Positions 54,768 to 64,000 of a DNA stretch of 64,000 nucleotides are shown piece after piece (positions within the stretch are counted from its first letter, which is position 1; every line of letters begins with the position of its first letter). The stretch comes from Blasia pusilla (lineage: Eukaryota): contig CM114271.1 in assembly GCA_050084515.1 (NCBI GenBank), forward strand, positions 49,290,001 to 49,354,000, written 5' to 3'. The translations under genes and the position numbers were made by a program. The notes below the pieces were generated by a model. That model did not search any database and was not told where the DNA came from. It saw only the letters and a program-made list of their open reading frames with translations.

Positions 54768-56215
54768 GGTAATATAATGCGTCTCCCAAGCCTTCGGCTA
54801 TCTGCATCTTGTCGATGCATTGCATCCTTTATACCTTGATATAATTTAGCCCTCAACTCCTTAAGATAATTAGCACCCATGATAATCGTTGCATCTCCAA
54901 AGTGGCATAGAGGTCAACAATATATTCTTGAGTAAGTCGACGAAGCCGTAATAAGCGATTGTCATCTTCTCCTCCAATCCCCGTTTGAAGTCAAAAACAT
55001 GCAAATTGCAAGGTCGTAATATTTTTTTTTTCTTCTTTCCTCAACAATATCACCATCAACTCTATCCTCACCCATGCAATCATCTACCAATTCAATATGT
55101 CCCTCCTCCCCATGAATAATGTGGCCCAATCGTTGGGATTCTCTACAGCCTTCAATTTGCCCAAAGGGTGTTCCAAGATGCCAACATGTTTCACCATAGA
55201 TAAATAATCAAACAAAGTGTAAGGGAATATATGCTTTGATAAGGTCAGATATATCTTTGACTCCTCCTCCATATAGTCGTACAATTATATCACGTTGCTC
55301 AACGTGTTCACTTCCATCACCCCGAAGAGTAGTAGCAACCTCAAAAGCAGTGGGTAAGTTATAACACTTTGCATCAAGACCTCTCTTACTTGCCTTGAGG
55401 ATGATCCGCATATTAAGATCACTTGCTTCATATGCCACATGACGAAAGATCTTCACATATAGAATGCATTCATGTAACATGTCTTGGAGTCCTTTCAAAA
55501 TATCCATATTAAGATCAGAAAATGTAGACACAACTCTAGCATGATTTTCCAATTCATTTGGAGTATCATGGATGTATAGTTGAGCAAATTGGGGATGCCC
55601 CCTTATATCAGGATGTAAAAGACCAATGTAATGATAGATCCCACCTTGGACTCTAAAATATCCAGTGCCACCAATTTGTTCGTTTAAATGCATCCCATTA
55701 GATGCAAGTTGAAGTTCTGAATTATAAGCTTGAGCATGTGTAAGAAAATGAACACTTTTAGGACCAACACCCGAAATCAAGGATTTAAAAAATGGAGGAG
55801 ATGATCCCAAGAGAGGTAAATGTATTCTCCCATGACCACAACACATGCAATATGGTGAGTCACCAAACTTTGTACCTTTGACCATTTCACATTTCCAATG
55901 CAAAGCACGGCATGAGGGGCATATCTCTATCATAGAACCTAACTTATGACGACCGTTGGTACGATTCAGACTGTTTTGTAATCGCAACTTCCGAATATCA
56001 ATTTCTTGGAAGTTTGGCCTCCTTGCAAGATTGAGTAATGTATTTAATCTTACAACCCTATCAACAATAGACGACGGACGAATTCCAGAAGCATTTGGTA
56101 TAGTGGCACATAGTGGAGATAACACAACTCTATTAGTAGATACGACATCTACTCTTGACCTTGATTCATCCCCGAGAAGGGAAGGAGTCAAATGCTTGGA
56201 AATAGGAGATACCAA
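54768..56215 (-). pseudogene. Helitron RepHel N-terminal fragment, truncated
   Basis: CPSCRALHWKCE...MCCGHGRIHLP...AYNSELQLAS...FRVQGGIYHYIG...FAQLYIHD...YNLPTAFEVA...RDII, continuing through stops to QEYIVDLYATLE and RRIILP. Confidence 0.92.
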
Positions 56216-57232
56216 ACATTGATATCTGTGGGATCACGTGCTAACCTAGTGGAAAAAGCAAAGCTTGTTGGATGATGGGGCGAAGAGCAATAGGAATACG
56301 AGTGTAGAGTCTAGGACGAGGAAGACCCGGATGGAAAGAGAGTAGGAGATCAATTTGGCTTAATCAGGTCCAAGCAGTTGTTGTGGAAAGTGCAGTAGGA
56401 GGTGGTATTGGGTGAGGGACTGAAGGCCCATGCATGGATCGACATTACCGCTATTATTTTTTGATCCCGTTAGGAGTTTGCACAAGGTATGCGATGAAAC
56501 TTTGGTACAAATGGATAAGTAGAAGGAGAGGAGATGGGAGGTGGAAGACGATGAGGGGTAAGTAGGTTGGGGAAGGAGGAGGAGGAAGAGGGGATATTCG
56601 GGTAGAATAGATGGGAATTACAAGCAAAATTCTAGACGTCCATTTTTCCGTGGTGAAAAATTTAATGAAAAAAGAAAGACTTCAAGTTATCGAATACACT
56701 TCGATAACTCCTGCTTGAGTCCGGAAGCTCAGTCCAAATAACTCCTGCTTGAGTCCGGAAGCTCAGTCGCACTCAGTTCGGAAGCTCAGTTTGGGAATCT
56801 GGAGTTGACGGGCAATGAATCCCAAGGCCTGGTTCATATCTGTTGCCTATTACAGGCGCCAGATATGCATATATGGCCGTTGAAATTTTCTAAGCCTCCT
56901 GCTGGAATGCATGGCCAACTAATTCACCCAAGGAAGCAATGAATGCTCCTCAATGCAAAGACAATTTCGTGAGTTGTTCCTCCAAACCGAGAGGTTGACC
57001 ACTGGCATAGGTGTCAACGATTTAATCCCAGATATCACCGGTACCGCCTGGTTGTAATAGAGACTTCTGTGGCATACGATGTATTCGTATCGGAAGTCAA
57101 ACTCACGACAATGTTTCCTGGCGTATTGCACTTCAACTATGCGCTGCGAGCAGCCATTGAGTTTTGGTGTCGAAGCTTCTCGGATCGAATCTTGATCATG
57201 GTCCCAGATCCATTATTCTCAGTCCCTGGTCC

Positions 57233-57238
57233 TATAAA
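57233..57238 (+). promoter_or_regulatory. TATA box
   Basis: CCTATAAAT 110 bp upstream of the ATG at 57343. Confidence 0.6.
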
Positions 57239-57342
57239 TTGGCCATTTCTGCTTCTGTGAAGTCATCGTCACAGCTGGTTCAATCGCTGTAATTCGACTA
57301 CGGTCGTGTTGGATTTCTAGATACGGATCTATTTCAGACACA

Positions 57343-58506
57343 ATGGCGATGGAGAGGACTCTTCTCACTCTATATTTTTTGACCATGATGGTGATGGCTG
57401 TGGCTGCAGCATCTTACGAGGAACAAAAGTCTAAGGCGGATGGAACCCTTGATGTTCATGGTGAGCCCAAGTGCCGTGACTTTAAGGATTTCAAGATCTG
57501 TGCTCCGTACGTGAAGAAAGGCAGCAAGTGGAATCATGTCGACTACCACTCGCCATGCTGCAAGCTCATTTTCAGGGAATCGTCGGAATGTCTGTGTAAA
57601 GCCATCTCCTATAGTTATAACAAGTTCGACCTCGACCTCGATAAGGCCATAGCTCTGCCGAAACGCTGTGGCAAGAACGAAGATCATCAGTACCCATGCG
57701 GTGAGCTTGAATTATACATTGCCATATCAGACGACGTTTATCGCTAGCTAGCTTGCACTTGTATGATTTACTTTTAATCTCGATTTTTCCCTTGAAGAAG
57801 TTGGGCTAAAGTTCAGACTGTCTACCTTCTGGACTTTCAGCAGCTGATGAGAGATTAAAATGGCTTAGTTAGAGAGCTCCAGAACTGGACATGTATAAAG
57901 CCAATTCAAAACCGAGCTAGAGATTATTATGTGACTTTCAGATCTGCATGCCGCCAATGCTAACGTACAGTTTTCAAGCTGACTAATGAACTTGATCGGT
58001 GATGGGTACTGCCAGAGCCGCTGGTGGCAGTGCTTGGTCCATTTGATTCCACCGCGAATGTTTAAATATGAACATTTAGGACATGAATGGCTGTCAACCT
58101 CTCACACCTGTGGTGCATTGCTTTGCCCGGGATAGTATATATTCGACTAATTCTAGACAATCTGGTTGTTGTTGCGATTTATGCAGATCCACCGACGAAA
58201 CATCGGTACCCACCTCCACACAGGAACCACCACCTACCTCCACACAGGAACCACCACCCACCTCCACACATGAACCACCACCCACCTCCACACATGAACC
58301 AGTACCCGCCTCCCCATATGAACCAGTACCCGCCTCCGCACATGAATCAGTATCCACCTCCGCACATGAATCAGTACCCTCCTCCGCACATGAATCAGTA
58401 CCCTCCTCCACACATGAATCAGTACCCGCCTCCACACGACATGAATCAGTATCCACCTCCACACGGTAGGAATCCGAATGCATCGCCTCCTCCACCAACG
58501 GTATGA
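57343..58506 (+). CDS. Secreted nsLTP/8-cysteine-motif protein with Pro/His/Tyr-rich repeat tail; exons 57343-57700 and 58187-58506 (225 aa)
   Basis: Signal-peptide-like N-terminus; C-X8-C-X18-CC-X9-CLC-X23-C-X9-C; phase-1 GT..AG intron (57701-58186) joins in frame to DPPTKHRYPPP... with no disruptions. Confidence 0.9.
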
Positions 58507-59590
58507 CTTATGCCATCACCGGGGCATAAGAAACTTGCTCCGAGACCCTAGTTTGTACCAGACGCTCGACAATTGCGAGTTACAAGTGAGTGGATGGGAC
58601 TATGAGATGCTCCCAAGTCCAAGTCAGCATGTATATACCGGCAGGTCTCGCACGCGCCAGCTATTGATCAGTGGTTTCTCAGGTTTAGAGCTTGGTTGGT
58701 AGCTGGGCCTGACAGTGTGGATCGGCCCAGCATATAGCTAGATACAGTGTTTGACCGATCACTGCTTGTGTGCGTTCATACACTTAGTTCGGATGTTATA
58801 AATGTGTAATGACATGATACATAAGTACTTCAATGTGGAGCTCTCGTGTACAATCGAGAGGACCTGAGACGTTCAGGAAGTTACCGTCTGATGCCTATGT
58901 AGGCACTAGAGTGGTATTGATCTAGCTTTAGCTTGTTCTGGACGGTGTTACGATCTACAAAAAATACCATTAAATAAATAGTACTGTCAATCGGTACTAT
59001 GTGTTTTTGTAATCTGAATGTATCCAAGACATTTATCCTATCAGCTTAATCGGTAGATCTTTGCTTACATCTATGTTTCTAGAGTCGGAGTCTGAGAATG
59101 ACATCGAGTTGCCACAAATACGATATCCTAGTGCGCAGGACCGGAAGAAATGAGACCTCGTGTTCCCAGCATATTCTGGAATATGCGAATGGGATTCTAG
59201 GAGAGACTTGGCTTCACGTGGGATCAGCATTCCTTGAGTCGATTACCGACTGAAATGAGACTAAGTTTAAGGAATTTGAAGTATTAGCTCACTCTAATTT
59301 ATGCAGGTTTCGTAAGGCTCTAGAATTGGTTTAAAACCAAACAAGAGTACCCGTTCGGAGATGTACTTTTTTGTTCACGGCTGCATGATCGCTCGGTTTG
59401 ATGCAAACGATGTTCCAATTTGTCCAATATGCACTCGGTGTCTGACGAATATTCTTACCTTGAGCTGCGTCAATCTATGTATCCTACTCTATTCCAAGAA
59501 GCAGTGCCTGATCCGCAAGAGTACTGGGAAAAATTTGTCATCTCCAAAGTGTCGTCTTGAAAAAACTTCCTCTTCCGGTGTATGTCTATT

Positions 59591-59791
59591 CAGGATTTTT
59601 GACATATTCTAGAATTCTTCACATGCATCGACAACTCGCTCCCAGAGTAAATTTGGAGGTTGTCCATGAAAATGATAGTCTCGTGCGATGTATGCCTCTT
59701 CAGGGTTTCTGACACATTCTAGAATTCTTCACATGTATCGACAACTCGCTGCCGAACTAGATTTGGAGGTTGCCCATGAACATGACAGTCT
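59591..59791. repeat. 110-bp tandem duplication
   Basis: ATTCTAGAATTCTTCACATG(C/T)ATCGACAACTCGCT...TTTGGAGGTTG twice. Confidence 0.9.
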
Positions 59792-60821
59792 ATCAGGTCA
59801 ACCAACAAATGAACTATCGAGCAATTTATATCTTTTAGACTTTCGTGAATATTTGGGTTTACAGGAAAAGAAATTTAGTACTGTTCGCGATATCCATGAT
59901 GTACTCTATTTGAGTTAGCTGGAATATTTTCGTCTTGAAGAGCTGCAATTGATTGTTTATAGACGTAAACCTTGTACTTTCATGCAATCTTTCAAAATAC
60001 AGTTCGTGGAGATCGGGAAAGAGGCATGCACGCTCATTAAGCTCTAGATATAAGATTATCGTGTGGATAAGCTCACGAGAGAAGTTTGTGAGTGTCGGAT
60101 ATCACGTACTGGTGCACATGAAAACTATTGTTGTTCTGGGTAAGATGCAGCTGATAATCGAATGTGAACTTCAATGAATAAGTTGTCGGGTTGAAAGAAA
60201 AGGGGAGGTGAGGTGGGACACTAGTGTGCTCACTTGAAAGTTATATAGACTACTACTCAAGGATCTCCACTAGAAAACGAAATATAGTTGCTGATCCTGA
60301 ACTTCAATGCGCCTGTCCGGGTAAAGACTTAAATCATGTACCACTATTGTGGGAAACATGATTATAGGACTTAAATGACAACGATATCCTGGATTAATGA
60401 AACGAAGAGGTCCTATTACTCCCAAGACCTTCCCTACAACAACACATGTACGAACATTGAACCTCACTGAACTTGTTTGTTAAAAAATGGAAGGGGTCCT
60501 AGTACTCCAAACCTTCATATGCAAACGAGATATCGTTACTTTGTCTGAACTGCAATGACTACACTTGCATGGGTCATAAAGCGAAGAAGCACAACTACTC
60601 CAGATCTTCATTTGCAAACTAGATATGGGTACTTCGTCGGAACTTCAATGACTAGGATGGCCTATGTTTTAAAAATGAAGAGGTTCTAAAACTCCAAAAC
60701 CTTCATTCGCTACTTTCTAAATGCTTCTAGTAGTATAGACGTACAAGGATGGATATGTCGGAGAATAATCCAGGAGAGACGATTGGTGTGAGTAACGTCT
60801 GCAATAACTTCAGCTATTCTA

Positions 60822-61221
60822 TGTGGAAAATGTTGGATTCTCAACATCCACTTCTCTAAGCACCATTAATCTGATCGGTCCCTTGTATGAGGAGAAGCCT
60901 AGATTGATGGTTCCGATTTAGACGTCGAAGAAGTCATACTAATATGACGTAGGTGGTTTTAGGAGTAGCGTTACTAGGTTTATCTAACCCTCTAAAAAAA
61001 TTTCTATTAATAGAAACGAAAAAAAATAGGTAAAAACCTTAGTTTTCCCGAGTAGTCAAATAGTCGGGAGCCGCAGCGGTAGCGCATTCTCTTATGTCGA
61101 GTTATCTTCCAGTTCAAATTCCACCGAAGCTCTTCTCTGAGCGCACGGACAGACTAGGCCACCTTGTATCTCTAAGTTGTGTAAAGATTTCAGTGATTTC
61201 GTCACTTTCTGTTTTCTCACA
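60822..61221 (+). mobile_element. 5' LTR of Ty1/copia element (400 bp)
   Basis: TGTGGAAAA...TTTTCTCACA termini, immediately followed by the PBS. An alternative start at 60831 is possible. Confidence 0.8.
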
Positions 61222-61232
61222 TGGTATCAGAG
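61222..61232 (+). promoter_or_regulatory. tRNA-iMet primer binding site
   Basis: TGGTATCAGAG. Confidence 0.92.
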
Positions 61233-61293
61233 GAGTAGGTTTTCCAGTATTTTGTATCTGGCGATCTAGTGTGTTTGCACAAAATCTTGAGAG

Positions 61294-64000
61294 ATGGCTA
61301 TTTCTTCGTCAGTTCGTGCTCGCCCTCCTCCGCTGGGTGAAGGGAAGTTACATGGGTCTAACTATATGTTGTGGAAGTTTAAAATGAGAACTGTCCTCGA
61401 ATCATTTGAGATCTGGGAAACGGCCACAAGGGTCGATTCAAATCCACAAGCTAGTTTGAGTTTTGCATGTTCATCTTCATCTGGGGATATCGATCCTGTT
61501 GTATTGTTGGCATGGAGACGCAGAAACGTTGATGCTCTATATGCGATTGTCACGAATGAAACTGATTCTGTCATGACTCTCATTCAACATATAACTACTG
61601 CTGCTGAGGCGTGGAACATTTTGAAGAATCAGTATGAAACGAGGAATGAGACTCGGATTCAGAATTTGGAGAAACAACTTACGTCCGAGAAATTTTCAGA
61701 AGGAGAAAGCACGGAGCAATTTTTGACAAGAATCAAGAATCTTCAAGATCAGATCACGTCCGTAGGAATTTCAAAGTCTAGCGAAGATTTGGCACGTCGG
61801 TGCATAAGGATTTTTCCTCCAAGGTATGACAGTTTGGTCACTCCACTGAATACTCAAGGAAGACCCATGCCGCTTACTTTTGAAGAATTTAGTGCAATGT
61901 TGGAAGAAGAGGAAATGTGCTTCAAAGCAAGAGAGGGAAGTGATGCAGCATTTACTGCCAACGTATAGAGAGGTAGAAATCAGGATTACAGTTCAAATGT
62001 CAAGAAGAAATTTCCAAGAAAAGACTTCAAATGCTTTTATTGTGGTAAGCTAGGTCATCTTATCAAAGATTGTAGAAAGAGGAGTCAGGATGAGAAGAAC
62101 GGTTATTTAAGACCTAAGAAGGAGTCTGGAAATTCTGTAGAACTAGGAGAACATGAAGTAGATGCTTGGGTAGCAATAGAAGAGTTTTGCACACAGGTAG
62201 AACATTCCACTAAGTCAAAGAGTGAAGATGCATGGGTGCTCGATAGTGGAGCATTTAGGCATATGACCAATCATAAGAATTGGTATAGCTCCTTACAGCC
62301 TCTAAAGGAGCTCATCGTTGTTACTGTTGGGAATAATGCAAAGTGCCCTGTAGAAGGAAAAGGCACAATTTCTTTAGTCTCACAAAAAGGAGATGAAAAG
62401 AAGTTAACTGATGTACTGTACGTACCAGAGTTGAAGCGAAATTTGATTTCAATGGCAGTATTATGTGATTGTAACCTAGAAGTTCGTTTCAAGAAAACTG
62501 GAGCAGTCATTGAGGATGCCAATGGGAAAGTAGTGGGTGAAGGTATACGACGTGGAAATATCTACGAGTTGTATGCTTTCACGACAAGTGTAGGTACAGA
62601 TCTTAGTAGCAGTAAGTTGTGGTATGAAAGATTTGGTCACCTTAGCTTTCTCTTACTAAGTCAAATGCAGAAATCTAGCATGGTTGTTGATTTACCAACA
62701 ATTTTTGGAGTGTCGGATACTTATGAAGCTTGTATGATGGGAAAGCAACATCGACAGCCATTTCCACAAGAGTCCAGCAATAAGGCAAAGGCTCCTCTAG
62801 AGTTGATACATGCTGACCTCTGTGGTAAAATGAGAACAGTGGCATTAGGTGGTTCTTCCTACTTCTTTTTAGTTGTCGACAATTATAGTATGAAGATGTG
62901 GGTGTATTTCCTTCGTGATAAGGCAAGTGCTTTTGGAAAATTTAAAGTATGGCACAAGTTGGTTGAGAATGAGACAAGAAAGAAGGTACAAAAGCTTCGC
63001 ACCGATCGAGGAGGAGAATTCTTATCAACAGAATTCAACAAATATTTGGGGGAGCATGGAATCAGTTTATTGATTAACCACGGCACATACACCACAACAA
63101 ATTGGAGTTGTTGAGCGTCGAAACCGTACAGTGGTGGAGATGGCAAGATGTATGATGAAAGAAAAAGGTTTGACAGAAGGATTTTGGGCTGAAGCTGTTA
63201 ATACATTCGTATACATTCTAAATAGAAGTACTACCAAGTCAGTGCAAGGCGTGACTCCTCATCAATCATACTCAGGTAAGGTACCATCAGTCCAACATTT
63301 CAGGACTTTTGGTAGTGAGTGTTTTGTACATATTCCTGAAGCATCTAGGACCAAGCTAGAGTCCAAGAGCAGGAAGTGCATCTTTATGGGATACAGTGAT
63401 GAGTCTAAAGCTTATCGCCTTTGGTATCCTGAGGAAAAGAAGATGGTTGTGAGTCGTGATGTGGTGTTCCAAGAACAGCCTCGTCAAGTGGCGGATATCA
63501 ATGGTCCGTCCACATTATCATCAAACGAAGAGATAACCCACCAGAGCACACCACAAATGTTTACACCAAATCATCAAGAAGAAGAATTTGGTGATGATTA
63601 CAAAGAGCAACCTGCTCTTCCACTACGGTCGTCATACCCTAAGTGGATAAAGCAACTCTTGGATGATAAGGATCCACCAGCAACTGATGAAGTTGTTACA
63701 CATCCAAGGAGATCCAAGAGATTAGAGGAGCAGAATAGAGCTTCCGCATATCTCCTCAACATGGCCTTGATGACAAAGGTCTTGAAGGTGGAAGAGCCAT
63801 CATGCTTGGATGAGGCCCTTGCTCATCCTCAATGGAGAGAGGCCATGCAGATGGAGATGGACGCTATTCAGAGGAATGAAACTTGGACTTTGGTTGAAAA
63901 GCGAAAGGACATGAAGATAATACGCACCAAGTGGGTGTACAAGACCAAGTACAAGTCGGAAGGTACATTGGATAAATTCAAAGCGAGGTTGGTCGCACAA
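61294..64000 (+). pseudogene. gag-pol: Ty1/copia gag-pol (Gag, zinc knuckle, protease, integrase, start of RT), disrupted, runs off window
   Basis: LHGSNYMLWK; CFYCGKLGHLIKDC; WVLDSGA; LIHADLCG; LRTDRGGEF; VERRNRT; KWVYKTK...KFKARLVAQ. In-frame TAG at 61966-61968 and a frameshift near 63070. Confidence 0.96.

Larger units (their letters stand above)
50370..56249 (+). mobile_element. Putative Helitron-type element (boundaries tentative)
   Basis: A|TCTATACTATTAT at 50370; weak hairpin CTGTGGGATCACG then CTAG|T at 56246-56250; a Helitron Rep fragment lies inside. Confidence 0.45.

Noticed and set aside
58083-58498. Alternative-frame and antisense repeat ORFs (STHEPVP, VEVGGGSC)
   Set aside because: Shadows of the 24-bp coding repeat; only the PPPHMNQY frame shows purely synonymous variation and in-frame splicing.
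60219-60739. Minus-strand mini-Helitron (TCTATACTACTA start, CTAG end)
   Set aside because: No 5' flanking A and no 3' hairpin.

Overview
Land-plant nuclear DNA, dominated by nested transposons. A bryophyte-like origin is inferred only from the character of the elements. From left to right: (1) A Ty3/gypsy-type 5' LTR, PBS and gag on the minus strand (1-2100). (2) An old CACTA element with its right TIR at 25528. It carries a transposase remnant, an unknown decayed ORF, a solo LTR that itself holds a 159-bp mini solo LTR, and a complete second CACTA (9445-23307, AGG target duplication) with pseudogenised transposase genes and a captured lipase gene fragment. (3) Three hAT-type MITEs. (4) A hairpin-dense segment (28.7-30.5 kb) containing a ~245-nt nested, possibly pseudoknotted structure beside a decayed ORF. 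(5) A diverged ~180-bp tandem array (41.5-44.7 kb). (6) A decayed CRE/R2-group non-LTR retrotransposon (zinc finger, RT, restriction-like endonuclease). (7) A Helitron-like region. (8) The only clearly intact host gene, a secreted 8-cysteine LTP domain fused to PPPHMNQY repeats. (9) The 5' part of a Ty1/copia element. All calls come from reading the sequence; no database search or folding program was run.
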